DNA of 61,836 nucleotides, filler included. It is 3 parts of 3 records of this genome, joined end to end, with 100 filler letters (N's around TTAATTAATTAA, not from the genome) between each part and the next. Parts side by side here need not be neighbours in the genome. Positions count along the whole stretch, not along the records: positions 35,844 to 61,836 come from SRR31156797_2950; 2 more parts are not named here. One strand, 5' to 3'. Under the pieces are notes generated by a model. That model was not told the origin of the DNA and searched no databases. It saw nothing but the letters and a program-made list of their open reading frames with translations. Below are positions 39,231-49,106 of the stretch, one piece after another. Numbering within the stretch: the first letter of the stretch is position 1; each line of letters begins with the position of its first letter. A program made the position numbers and the translations under genes.

Positions 39231-40460
39231 ATGAAATATATAATAAATATCATATTAGTAATCATAGGATTAACACACTTTGCACAGGCTCAGGTGCACT
39301 TGGATAGCTATTTAAAAAAGGCGGCTGAGAATAATCCTGAGCTTAAAGCAAGGTTCAATGAATATATGGCTGCACTCGAAGTAGCTCCGCAAGTGAAGGC
39401 ATTGCCCGATCCAAAAGTGGCTTTTGCCTATTTCATTAGTCCGGTGGAGACACGTGAAGGTCCGCAGCAACTCAAAATATCGGCATCACAATATTTTCCC
39501 TGGTTTGGAACTTTAAAAGCAAAGGAAAATTCAGCTGTGCAAAATGCCAAAGCCCGGTATGAAATGTTTAAACAGACCCGGTCTCGTTTATATCAGGAAG
39601 TTAAAGTAGAATATTATAACCTCTATTTTAATGAACGAGCCATTCATATAACGCTTGAAAATATTGAGCTTTTACAGAGTATTCAAAAAATGGCAACCAT
39701 CAAGATTGAATCCGGATTAACATCAATGGTCGATGAATATCGAATCCAGATGGAAATCAATGAGCTTGAAAATCAATTAGCACGGCTGCGTGATAAAGGC
39801 GGTGTGTTGGAAACGAGGTTTCGTAATTTATTGAATGCAGATAACGATTTAACAATCGACTTACCCGATTCACTTTGGAGAACGAGTTTTCCAATAGGGA
39901 AACAGGCGGTTCTTGATTCCATTCAAGTCGGAAATCATAAACTATTAGAACTGGATTTTAAGCAAGCAGCGCTGACTTATCGTCAAGAAGCAGCAGAAAA
40001 AATGGGAATGCCTGATTTTAATATTGGGTTGAATTATACCTTCATTGGTGCAGGAGAGGGCAATGCTACGGGTAAAGATGCCTTTGTATTTCCATCTGTA
40101 GGTATTACCATTCCGCTTTATCGTAAAAAATATAAAGCGATGGTTAATGAAGTAGCCTATCTGCAAGAAGCCAATCAGAATGAGATTGAAAGTGAAAAAA
40201 ATGAGTTGGAAACATTGCTCGATAGAACTTGGAAAGATTATCAGGATGCTGACAGGCGTATTCAATTGTTTGAAAAGCAGGTAAAATTGGCCAGACAGGC
40301 ATTGAATTTATTGGAGTCGGAATATGCCACTGATAATTCTGATTTCGAGGAAATTCTACGAATGGAACGTAAAGCACTTAAATATAATCTGGAATTCGAA
40401 AAGGCAAAAACAGATAAGCAGGCAGCCATTGCATTTATTGAATATTTAATGGGTAAATAA
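39231..40460 (+). CDS. TolC/CusC-family outer-membrane efflux protein
   Basis: Signal peptide, AENNPELKA, LPDP, SQYFPWFG, GITIPLY; position in an RND operon. Confidence 0.9.
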   Translation: MKYIINIILVIIGLTHFAQAQVHLDSYLKKAAENNPELKARFNEYMAALEVAPQVKALPDPKVAFAYFISPVETREGPQQLKISASQYFPWFGTLKAKENSAVQNAKARYEMFKQTRSRLYQEVKVEYYNLYFNERAIHITLENIELLQSIQKMATIKIESGLTSMVDEYRIQMEINELENQLARLRDKGGVLETRFRNLLNADNDLTIDLPDSLWRTSFPIGKQAVLDSIQVGNHKLLELDFKQAALTYRQEAAEKMGMPDFNIGLNYTFIGAGEGNATGKDAFVFPSVGITIPLYRKKYKAMVNEVAYLQEANQNEIESEKNELETLLDRTWKDYQDADRRIQLFEKQVKLARQALNLLESEYATDNSDFEEILRMERKALKYNLEFEKAKTDKQAAIAFIEYLMGK

Positions 40461-40601
40461 GCAAGCCCGTAGGGCTGATATATTGGTAGAAAATGTAATA
40501 AAAATAGAAACCTCGCCGCAACGGAGCGTGAATAAAAATCACAAACCTAAACATCGGCGATCACGCAATAAACGGTTAATATAAATGAAAAGCATAAAAC
40601 C

Positions 40602-42443
40602 ATGAAAAATATAATTGAAAATATAAAACAACATTATAAAGCATTATCCATTGCTCTAGGTATTGGGATAGTGCTGGGGGTTTTGTTCACTATGGTATTT
40701 TCATCAACTGGTCAACAAATCAACACATCAACACATCAACAAATCGATTCATCAACACATCAACATGAGCAGGAAGAGTCAACTACCTGGACATGCTCTA
40801 TGCACCCACAAATTAAGCAGGATAAACCCGGTGATTGCCCGATTTGCGGAATGGATCTGATCCCATTGGAAAAGGCCAGTTCAAGCGATGATAATATTGA
40901 TCCGGATGAAATTATGTTAACTGAATCAGCAGCAAAATTGGCTGATATTGAAACTACTGTAGTGAAAAGAGGTAATCCTACCAAAACCATCTTTTTACAG
41001 GGTAAAGTGGAAGCTGATGAGCGAAATATTGCGGAACTCACCGCAAGGTTTGGTGGCAGATTGGAAAAGCTTTTTGTGAATTTTACCGGTGAGCATGTGC
41101 GAAAAGGACAAAAACTGAGTACAATTTATTCTCCCGAATTGGTAACAGCTCAGCGTGAGTTGCTTGAAGCTGTTTCGCTAAAAGAGAATCGACCTCAAAT
41201 CTATAAAGCTGCCAAAGCGAAACTGAAACTATGGGATTTGAACGAAGCGCAAATTAAGGCCATCGAAGAGGAAGGTGAACCAAGGCTTTATTTTGATGTG
41301 TTGGCACCAATTACCGGAACTGTCATGAAACGGTACGTTTCTGTGGGCGATTATGTTAAGATGGGCGATCCGTTGTTTAAAGTGGTAAATCTGTCGAAGG
41401 TATGGGTCCTGTTTGATGCTTATGAAGCAGATCTGCCCTGGATTAACAATGGTGATAAAGTTGAATTTACTGTCGAAGCACTTCCAGGTAAAACATTTAA
41501 AGCTAGGGTTTCTTTTATTGATCCGTTTATTAATCCTCAGGTACGTACTGCAAAAGCAAGGGTCGAAATAGAAAACCCGGCAAATAAATTGAAACCCGGG
41601 ATGTTTGCCAGTGGAACATTGCACTCGACCATTGCTGCTAAAGGCAATGAATTGATGATTCCTAAATCTTCTATTTTGTGGACAGGTAAACGCTCTGTGG
41701 TTTATGTGAAAGTACCTGATCGTGAATCGCCAAGTTTTTTATACCGTGAAATTGAACTAGGCCCCGAAGCAGGTAATTTTTATGTGGTGGCAGATGGTCT
41801 TAAAGAGGGTGAGCAGATTGCCACTAACGGGGTCTTTAAAATTGATGCAGCTGCACAATTAGAAGGTAAACGCAGCATGATGAATCCTGAGGGAGAAGAA
41901 ATGTCTACGGGTCATGATCATGGAGATATGGATATGACCGGGTCAGATATGGAAGAAAAAGAAGAAACCTACACGTTGCCTGAAAACTATACTGCACCTG
42001 ATGCATTTCAACAGCAACTCACGGTGGTTTACCATGAGTACATCGATATGAAAGATGCTTTTGTAGCTTCTGATGCTAAGAAAATAAGTGACGAAGCTAA
42101 ACAGGTTAAGAAAGTGCTCGATGAAGTTGACATGGGCTTATTGAAAGGTGATGCGCACATGGTGTGGATGGGACAGTTGAAAACACTGAACAAAACCATT
42201 GAGTCAATCAGTGCATCCAGTGATTTGGAAAAGCAAAGAACCACATTTTCTGAATTTAATCTGGCCTTTTATAAAACTATTAAAGCTTTTGGTTTAAAGG
42301 GTGTTGAGACCTATTATCAATATTGCCCAATGGCTAACCGTGATCAGGGGGCTTACTGGTTTAGTAACGAGGAGGAAATTAATAACCCATATTTCGGTGA
42401 ATCAATGATGAGATGTGGTGAGAATAGAGAAACATTAAAATAA
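40602..42443 (+). CDS. CusB-type periplasmic adaptor with heavy-metal-binding domain and C-terminal DUF3347-like domain
   Basis: WTCSMHPQI..PGDCPICGMDL, IYSPELVTAQRELL, LKPGMF. C-term YCPMA...GAYW...NPYFG..MMRCG. Confidence 0.92.
   Translation: MKNIIENIKQHYKALSIALGIGIVLGVLFTMVFSSTGQQINTSTHQQIDSSTHQHEQEESTTWTCSMHPQIKQDKPGDCPICGMDLIPLEKASSSDDNIDPDEIMLTESAAKLADIETTVVKRGNPTKTIFLQGKVEADERNIAELTARFGGRLEKLFVNFTGEHVRKGQKLSTIYSPELVTAQRELLEAVSLKENRPQIYKAAKAKLKLWDLNEAQIKAIEEEGEPRLYFDVLAPITGTVMKRYVSVGDYVKMGDPLFKVVNLSKVWVLFDAYEADLPWINNGDKVEFTVEALPGKTFKARVSFIDPFINPQVRTAKARVEIENPANKLKPGMFASGTLHSTIAAKGNELMIPKSSILWTGKRSVVYVKVPDRESPSFLYREIELGPEAGNFYVVADGLKEGEQIATNGVFKIDAAAQLEGKRSMMNPEGEEMSTGHDHGDMDMTGSDMEEKEETYTLPENYTAPDAFQQQLTVVYHEYIDMKDAFVASDAKKISDEAKQVKKVLDEVDMGLLKGDAHMVWMGQLKTLNKTIESISASSDLEKQRTTFSEFNLAFYKTIKAFGLKGVETYYQYCPMANRDQGAYWFSNEEEINNPYFGESMMRCGENRETLK
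40704..40767 (+). repeat. Octamer tandem repeat (TCAACAC/AA-type x8) inside cusB
   Basis: TCAACTGG TCAACAAA TCAACACA TCAACACA TCAACAAA TCGATTCA TCAACACA TCAACATG. Confidence 0.85.
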
Positions 42444-42466
42444 AGTTAAAATTTAAACACATAATT

Positions 42467-42991
42467 ATGAGTAATACCAAAAATTTTTATTCCCTCGTGC
42501 TTTTAATTTTTGCCATTTCAATTACCGGGTGTGATAAAAGTGAAGATAATGATACAATAGCATCTGTTGAGGGTACTTATAAAGGAACTTTGACACAGAT
42601 CGATAATATAAAAAAAACTAATACAAGTATTGAAATAATGGCTACGGCTGAAATAACAAAGACTGGAGACCGTAATATTTCAGTCTATTGTTATGGAGAC
42701 GATTTCGATACAACCATTGTGCTGAACTATTTTCATGATAATGATACTATACAAGTTTGCATGACAGGTGATGCTTTTCAAAATCAATATGGCCACATGT
42801 ATAGTGGTGGCCATATGGGAGATATGCACGAAGGTGAAACCGAATGGATGCACCATATGTCTGACGAACATGATGCGGGAGATGAGCATTTCGGTGGTTT
42901 TAGTAACCACTTCCATTCATTTGAATATAATTTTGAAATGCAACATTCACAAGGAAATTACTATCTCCGTTTTCATGGAGAAAAACAATAA
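42467..42991 (+). CDS. His/Met-rich lipoprotein, probable Cu/Ag binding
   Basis: Lipobox ISITG-C. Segment GHMYSGGHMGDMHEGETEWMHHMSDEHDAGDEHFGGFSNHFH. Located inside the cus operon. Confidence 0.75.
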   Translation: MSNTKNFYSLVLLIFAISITGCDKSEDNDTIASVEGTYKGTLTQIDNIKKTNTSIEIMATAEITKTGDRNISVYCYGDDFDTTIVLNYFHDNDTIQVCMTGDAFQNQYGHMYSGGHMGDMHEGETEWMHHMSDEHDAGDEHFGGFSNHFHSFEYNFEMQHSQGNYYLRFHGEKQ

Positions 42992-43020
42992 TTATTCAAT
43001 AACCTTAAAATTAATAAATT

Positions 43021-43359
43021 ATGAAACTAAGAACAATTGTATTAATTGGAGCCTTACTACTGGGAACACTAAGTGTGTTTGCAAAAGGCGTAACTGAGAA
43101 ATTTAAAGTATATGGTAACTGCGGTATGTGTGAAAATCGCATTGAAAAAGCTGCAAAAGCAATCGATGGCGTTTCATCGGCCGATTGGGATAAATCTACA
43201 GAAATGATGGAAGTATCATTTGATGATGCAAAAACCAGCTTAGAGGCCATTGAAAAAGCTATTGCAAAGGCTGGTCACGACACAGACAATTTCAAAGCCG
43301 AAGATAAAACCTATGAAGGTTTACCAGGTTGTTGTAAGTACGATCGCCCTGAGAAATAG
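43021..43359 (+). CDS. Periplasmic heavy-metal-associated (HMA) domain protein
   Basis: Signal peptide, VYGNCGMCENRIEKA, terminal LPGCCKY. Confidence 0.92.
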   Translation: MKLRTIVLIGALLLGTLSVFAKGVTEKFKVYGNCGMCENRIEKAAKAIDGVSSADWDKSTEMMEVSFDDAKTSLEAIEKAIAKAGHDTDNFKAEDKTYEGLPGCCKYDRPEK

Positions 43360-43370
43360 GATCCAATTAG

Positions 43371-43401
43371 TGAGGAATAGAGTTTTAAATTCTATTCCTC
43401 A
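43371..43401 (+). terminator. Stem-loop ending the cus operon
   Basis: TGAGGAATAGA-gttttaaat-TCTATTCCTCA. Confidence 0.6.
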
Positions 43402-43579
43402 TGTTAAAAAAATCTTGATTAATAACATATTTATTAAACCTTGTTTGTTTATTTGAAAAAAATAAAAACTGTTTGCTTTCTAGTTCGTTTATAAAATGAA
43501 AGTCAATAAGTTGAATATATATGTTAAATATTTTAAATATATTTGCTTAAATTAATTTAGATCGAATAAGAATAAAATT

Positions 43580-46510
43580 ATGATTAAAAAGCTATTTTTT
43601 ACTACCCTAACTGTTGTTTTAATGATATTTAGTGGAGTTGCTCAAACGCAAAATGTGCAGAAAGCAACATTAATTAAAACACCTGCGGCCTTTGGTAAAG
43701 TGCCTTCAATTGCTCAATTAATGGAAGAAGGGAAATTTATTCCTGCTCCAAATATTGTAAAAGAAGTAAATCCAAAGGAGCGTGGCGTTAATTTAGCTGT
43801 ACCTGGAAAAGGGTTCCCGAAAAATGGTGATCCTTTGGTTGCACAGCAAAGTAAAGCGCCTCAATACAAAGGGACAGAACCTATCTTAACATTCCAGTCT
43901 GTAAGTGCTAATGTTACACCAACTGACCCAACAGGGGCTGTGGGACCTAACCATTATGTAAATGCATGGAATTCATCATTCCGCATTTGGGACAAAGAAG
44001 GTAATGCCTTAACGGGATCTGCTTCTTTAGCTAATATTTTCCCTGGTCAAACCATGGGTGATCCAATTGTGATGTATGACCAGTTTGCAGATCGTTTTTT
44101 AATTACTCAGTTTTATTCAAATGGATTTTTAGTAGCCATTACTCAGGGACCTGACCCGGTAAATGATGGATGGTATACATACCAGTTTGCTACCAATACA
44201 TTTCCTGATTATCCGAAATATTCTATTTGGTCTGATGGATATTACATAACTGCCAACAAAAATTCATCAACCGCAGGGTTTAGTGAGGTGGTATATGTTA
44301 TAGATAGAGATAAAATTATTGCAGGTGATCAATCAGCTGAAATGGTTGGTTTTCCGTTGCCTACAATAAATACAAACGGTTTCTTTAGTCCATTAGGATT
44401 TAATGTAACCGGAAGCGAATTACCACCTGCGGGAAGTGCTCCCATAATTTATATGCAGGACGATAGCTGGAGTGGTGTGTCTGAAGACGAGTTGTTAATT
44501 TGGAATATTGATGTGGATTGGGATAATACATCTAATTCCACAATTTCACAACCACAAAGTATTACAACAGCAGCATTTGATGGTTTATTTGATGGGGGTT
44601 CATTTTCAAATCTTCCTCAACCAAGCGGGTCCGATATAGATGCATTGCAAGCTACTATTATGTATATGGCACAATATCGACGTTTCCCTACTCACAATTC
44701 TGCTCTAATTAATTTTGTAGTTGATCTGGATGGAAGTGATGATCTGGCTGGTATTCGTTGGTATGAATTACGCCAGGATAATGATGGTGATGATTGGACT
44801 ATATACCAGGAAGGAACTTACGCACAACCTGATGGTCATAGTGCTTTTTCCGGAAATATGGCAATGGATGCTCAGGGAAATATTGCCTTAGCTTATACAG
44901 TTGTTAGCAATACAGTTTATCCTTCATTAAGATATACCGGAAGATATGTGACTGATCCACTAGGTCAAATGACAATTGAAGAGGAGACCATTTTTGATGG
45001 AACACAGTCAAATTCATCATTCCGTTATGGCGATTATTCTCAAATGACAGTTGACCCGGTCGACGATCTTACATTTTGGTCCACAGGTGAAACTTTTGCC
45101 AGTGGTTCCCGAAAAAATTATGTGGGTGTTTTCAAATTAGCAAATGATTTTGATAATGATGTTGGTGTTGTAAGTATTGATGAACCGATTACTGGTAATT
45201 TAGGTGCCAATGAGCAGGTTGTAGTTACTATAAGAAATTATGGAACGCAAAAGCAAGGGGATATCCCTGTGAGTTTTCAGATTGATGGCGGAACAATTAT
45301 AAATGAAGTTATTACAGATTCAATAGATCCTTCAGCTAACTATCAATTTACTTTTGCGGCAACAGCGGATCTGTCAACAATTGGTGAGACATATGCGGTA
45401 AAAGCTTTTACATCATTACCAGGTGATGAAAGTACCTTAAATGATACAATTGAGTCGGTAATTGAATCACTCAATGGAGTTGATTTGGGCATAAATGCAC
45501 TACTTTCTCCTGTGAGCGGAGAAGGTTTATCTGACAATGAAGCAATTTCAGTTCAATTGGAAAATTTTGGTGCGGAGGAATTATCAGGATTTGATATAAC
45601 TTACTCAATTAACGATGAAGTTTCCATAACAGAGCAGGTATCTCAAGCAATACTATATGGTGAGCAGGTGACTTTTACATTTGATACTCCAGCTGATTTA
45701 TCAATGATTCAAGACCATTCAATAACAGTTTCTACAGATACTGAAAATGATGCTGTAGCTGAAAATAACAGCATTACTGAAATAGTTTCGAATACATTTT
45801 GCCAACCTGTTTCTGACTGTAGCCAGGGAGGATTGTTAGGGGTGAAAATTGGAGATATTGATAATCAATCAGGATGCAGTGAAAGCGGTTACTCAAGTTT
45901 CATTTCAATGAATATAGGTCTTGATCAAAATTCTGATAATCAATTTATTGTGACTACTGATCCTGGTAATACTTTCATTAAGGTGTGGATTGATTTTAAC
46001 GATAATTTTGTTTATGACAGTGATGAAATTGTATTAAGCACAGTGATTTCCAGTGGAGCATGGACTGGCGATTTTATTGATACACTTACACTAGTAATTC
46101 CTGAAGATGCTAATTTAGGTGAGCATTTTATGCGTATTAAAACCAATAGTAGTCAAAACGTACCAACAGATGCTTGTGAATCTACATCCTATGGTGAAAC
46201 AGAAGATTACAAAGTAACTATTAATCCGGGAATTGGAATTAGCGAAAATGAATTAGAAACAAATGATTTAATTGTTGCACATCTTGGAGGTAAACAATAT
46301 GTTGCTAAGTTTGAATCACAAAATATGAATGGAATTCTAGATGTGAGTTTACATGATATTAATGGACGCACATTAATATTTAATAGAGCACAAAATGTAA
46401 ATGGAACTTATCAATTTGAATTTGATATGTCATTTGCTGCTCCTGGAATTTATTTATTGAGATTTGGAAATGAAACTTTTGGAAAGGTTCAAAAGTTTAT
46501 GGTAGAATAA
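43580..46510 (+). CDS. T9SS-secreted protein: uncharacterised N-terminal beta-rich domain, two CARDB/Ig-like domains, GEVED domain, C-terminal sorting domain
   Basis: Signal peptide; PTDPTGAVGPNHYV; NDVGVVSI..VTIRNYG; VWIDFNDN...MRI...YGETEDY (GEVED); CTD ..APGIYLLRF...KFMVE. TATATTTG promoter upstream. Confidence 0.85.
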   Translation: MIKKLFFTTLTVVLMIFSGVAQTQNVQKATLIKTPAAFGKVPSIAQLMEEGKFIPAPNIVKEVNPKERGVNLAVPGKGFPKNGDPLVAQQSKAPQYKGTEPILTFQSVSANVTPTDPTGAVGPNHYVNAWNSSFRIWDKEGNALTGSASLANIFPGQTMGDPIVMYDQFADRFLITQFYSNGFLVAITQGPDPVNDGWYTYQFATNTFPDYPKYSIWSDGYYITANKNSSTAGFSEVVYVIDRDKIIAGDQSAEMVGFPLPTINTNGFFSPLGFNVTGSELPPAGSAPIIYMQDDSWSGVSEDELLIWNIDVDWDNTSNSTISQPQSITTAAFDGLFDGGSFSNLPQPSGSDIDALQATIMYMAQYRRFPTHNSALINFVVDLDGSDDLAGIRWYELRQDNDGDDWTIYQEGTYAQPDGHSAFSGNMAMDAQGNIALAYTVVSNTVYPSLRYTGRYVTDPLGQMTIEEETIFDGTQSNSSFRYGDYSQMTVDPVDDLTFWSTGETFASGSRKNYVGVFKLANDFDNDVGVVSIDEPITGNLGANEQVVVTIRNYGTQKQGDIPVSFQIDGGTIINEVITDSIDPSANYQFTFAATADLSTIGETYAVKAFTSLPGDESTLNDTIESVIESLNGVDLGINALLSPVSGEGLSDNEAISVQLENFGAEELSGFDITYSINDEVSITEQVSQAILYGEQVTFTFDTPADLSMIQDHSITVSTDTENDAVAENNSITEIVSNTFCQPVSDCSQGGLLGVKIGDIDNQSGCSESGYSSFISMNIGLDQNSDNQFIVTTDPGNTFIKVWIDFNDNFVYDSDEIVLSTVISSGAWTGDFIDTLTLVIPEDANLGEHFMRIKTNSSQNVPTDACESTSYGETEDYKVTINPGIGISENELETNDLIVAHLGGKQYVAKFESQNMNGILDVSLHDINGRTLIFNRAQNVNGTYQFEFDMSFAAPGIYLLRFGNETFGKVQKFMVE

Positions 46511-46528
46511 AACTCTGGAAAATAAATA

Positions 46529-46564
46529 GAAAGTCGCTGTTAGCAAATGCTTTCAGCGACTTTC
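46529..46564 (+). terminator. Rho-independent terminator
   Basis: GAAAGTCGCTG...CAGCGACTTTC followed by a T-rich tract. Confidence 0.75.
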
Positions 46565-46642
46565 TTGTTTGTTAAAAATTTAATTTTTACGTAACATATT
46601 CTGTATCATTTTTTTGTATCTTATAGCTCAAATTTATGAAAA

Positions 46643-47554
46643 GTGGAACTTAAGTTCGAGTTGATTCTCAATCAGTCTGTAAAAGATAATATGGTTCGTA
46701 TGATGCAGGAGCAATATGAAAATATAAAGATATTGTCCTGCTCCTATGAGAAAAATCCTAATAAACATGTACACGAAATTCGTAAAAGCTTTAAAAGGTT
46801 AAGAGCCTTACTGCGATTGATAAAATATGAAATTGGATATAGTTCCTATTTTAGAGAAAATAGTTTTTGTAGAGATGAGTCTAAGCTCATCAGTGATTTA
46901 AGAGATTTACAAGTTTTTCGTGAAAACTTGACCAATCTAGTTGAAGTGCATAAAAATGAAATTGATATTGAAATAGTTGAGCTTTTACAGAAAAAGATTT
47001 CAGATAGAAAAGATCAACGGTTTAAAGAGGTAGTTAATGGAAACGTTTTTCAAATAATACATGATGATGTCTCACAGGCATTGGAAAGATTAAAACTTTT
47101 CAATTTTCAAAATGATGACTTTGAGATAATTCATCAGGGGTTATTCAAAATATATCAGAAGGGGCAACAGGAACTTTATTTGGTTAAAAATGACCCAACT
47201 GTTGAAAACTACCATAATCTGAGAAAGCGAGTAAAGTATTTAATGTATCACATGCAAATATTTCAACCTGTTTGGCCTAAGTATTTTAAATCAACAGCAA
47301 AAATGTTAGATAAGTCTGCCGATCAGCTTGGATTAGATCATGATTATGCAGAACTTATTAAATACATTAACGAATTAAATGATGCTAAGCTTCCTCAAAC
47401 CCGAAAGAAACAGTTTATAAACTGGTTAGAAAAATTGCGAAATGACCTTCAGGCACCTGCTCTGGAAACATTAGAAAAGATTTATGTAGAGCAACCTGAA
47501 TTTTTTATCGATAGAATACAACAATATTTTTCAATAACTTATTCGAATAACTAA
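46643..47554 (+). CDS. CHAD domain protein (polyphosphate-binding)
   Basis: VHEIRKSFKRLRALL, LRDLQV, YHNLRKRVKYLMY, LGLDHD. Confidence 0.88.
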   Translation: MELKFELILNQSVKDNMVRMMQEQYENIKILSCSYEKNPNKHVHEIRKSFKRLRALLRLIKYEIGYSSYFRENSFCRDESKLISDLRDLQVFRENLTNLVEVHKNEIDIEIVELLQKKISDRKDQRFKEVVNGNVFQIIHDDVSQALERLKLFNFQNDDFEIIHQGLFKIYQKGQQELYLVKNDPTVENYHNLRKRVKYLMYHMQIFQPVWPKYFKSTAKMLDKSADQLGLDHDYAELIKYINELNDAKLPQTRKKQFINWLEKLRNDLQAPALETLEKIYVEQPEFFIDRIQQYFSITYSNN

Positions 47555-47566
47555 AAAAAATGCCAT

Positions 47567-48418
47567 ATGGATACGCGTAAAATTGCAATGCAAAAAAAAG
47601 TAATGAAATGCATTGAAGAAACCCTTGAAGCTTGGTCACATGTTGTCAAGTTTCAGAAAGATTATGATCAATTTGTGAAAAATCTGAAACAAATAGAAAA
47701 GCAAATGCTAGTTGTTGCAAATGACTCAGGGCCAATTGAACAGAATATTCGCAAATCCAGAGAAAAACTAATTGCAGAACTCCTTCCTGTGATTAAGGTT
47801 CTATCAGTTTTTGCCTATGATAAGGGAATGAAAAAGCTAGAAAAAAAGTCATTATTGGATCGTGATAATCTTCAAAAAATGAAGCCAGGTGAATTAGAAA
47901 GGCAAGCATTGGCTATTTGGAAAACAATTGACAAAACATTTAAGGACTCAAAAAGTAAGACAGAAGATGTCATTAATTATGGCCTCTCTGAAAAAATGAT
48001 TGCTAGCCTGCATGATTCTGTAGTAATGTATTCAAATTTGAGAGCCAACCTCAAAGAAGAGAAAAAAGCCAAAAAGAATGCACTGGAAGAAATACGAAAT
48101 CTAACCAAAGAAAATAATAAAATTCTAAAGTTTAGGATTGATAAATACATTTATCTTTTTGAGCAATCACACCCTGAATTTTTTAAATGCTATTTTGCAT
48201 CAAGAAAAAACAAAGATGTTTCGGATAAAGTTGTTGCTGAGAAATCGCAAACAGAACCAAAGCCTGCTGCTACAAGATCAACAACTACAAAAACCAGCGC
48301 AACTAAAAAAACAACTACTGCCGCAGCAAGTAGAACCCGTAAAACTACGACACAGCCAAAAAAGGCTACAGCCTCAAAATCAACTACTAAAGAGGATAAT
48401 AGTAGTACAGAAAAGTAA
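47567..48418 (+). CDS. Hypothetical helical protein with Lys/Thr/Ala-rich histone-like tail
   Basis: Coiled-coil body ending PEFFKCYFASR, then KPAATRSTTTKTSATKKTTTAAASRTRKTTT. Confidence 0.75.
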   Translation: MDTRKIAMQKKVMKCIEETLEAWSHVVKFQKDYDQFVKNLKQIEKQMLVVANDSGPIEQNIRKSREKLIAELLPVIKVLSVFAYDKGMKKLEKKSLLDRDNLQKMKPGELERQALAIWKTIDKTFKDSKSKTEDVINYGLSEKMIASLHDSVVMYSNLRANLKEEKKAKKNALEEIRNLTKENNKILKFRIDKYIYLFEQSHPEFFKCYFASRKNKDVSDKVVAEKSQTEPKPAATRSTTTKTSATKKTTTAAASRTRKTTTQPKKATASKSTTKEDNSSTEK

Positions 48419-48496
48419 TGACTTAAATACGTGAGATTATTTTCGTAAATAATTTAATTTTAAGTTATTAATTATTTGTTTGAGAAATATTATTTG

Positions 48497-48546
48497 TATA
48501 TTTGCACCCGCTAAAGCAATCTCTGGCATTTTGGCTACATTGCTTT
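48497..48546 (+). promoter_or_regulatory. Bacteroidota -7 promoter (TATATTTG) and hairpin leader of rplS
   Basis: TAnnTTTG at 48497-48504, then AAAGCAAT...ATTGCTTT stem (48513-48546). Confidence 0.6.
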
Positions 48547-48576
48547 TAAAAATTGTAAAATTTAAAGCTATTGGAA

Positions 48577-48933
48577 ATGGATTTAATGAAAGTTGTTGAA
48601 GAGCAGTTCAAAAACGAAAGAGAATTGCCTGAATTTGGCGCTGGTGATACAGTAACTGTTCACTATAAAATTAAAGAGGGTAACAAAGAGCGTATCCAGA
48701 ACTTCCGCGGAGTAGTTATTCAACGTCGTGGAGAGGGAATCAATGAGTCATTTACAGTGCGAAAAATGGCAAGCGGTGTAGGTGTAGAGCGTATTTTTCC
48801 AATTAATTCACCTTTTGTTGAGCAAATTGACGTGAATAAAAGAGGTAAAGTTCGTCGTGCTAGAATTTACTATTTCAAAAAACTTACCGGTAAAAGCGCA
48901 CGTATTAAAGAAAGAGTATTCAAAAAAGACTAA
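48577..48933 (+). CDS. rplS: 50S ribosomal protein L19
   Basis: [31 protein letters not shown]...[14 protein letters not shown]...[11 protein letters not shown]. Confidence 0.98.
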   Translation: MDLMKVVEEQFKNERELPEFGAGDTVTVHYKIKEGNKERIQNFRGVVIQRRGEGINESFTVRKMASGVGVERIFPINSPFVEQIDVNKRGKVRRARIYYFKKLTGKSARIKERVFKKD

Positions 48934-48955
48934 CATTTTAATGTTAAGATATACC

Positions 48956-48985
48956 AAAGCGTTCCCTACGGAACGCTTTTTTTTT
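48956..48985 (+). terminator. Rho-independent terminator of rplS
   Basis: AAAGCGTTCC-CTAC-GGAACGCTTT plus poly-T. Confidence 0.9.
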
Positions 48986-49106
48986 GGAATTAATTTCCTT
49001 TTTATATGTACAAGTTGTGTTCTTTTATGAATAAACTTTAAATTTGGTGAAATTATTCTTGAACGAAATTCGCAAGAATTGTATCAAATCAAAGTATACT
49101 TGAAAT

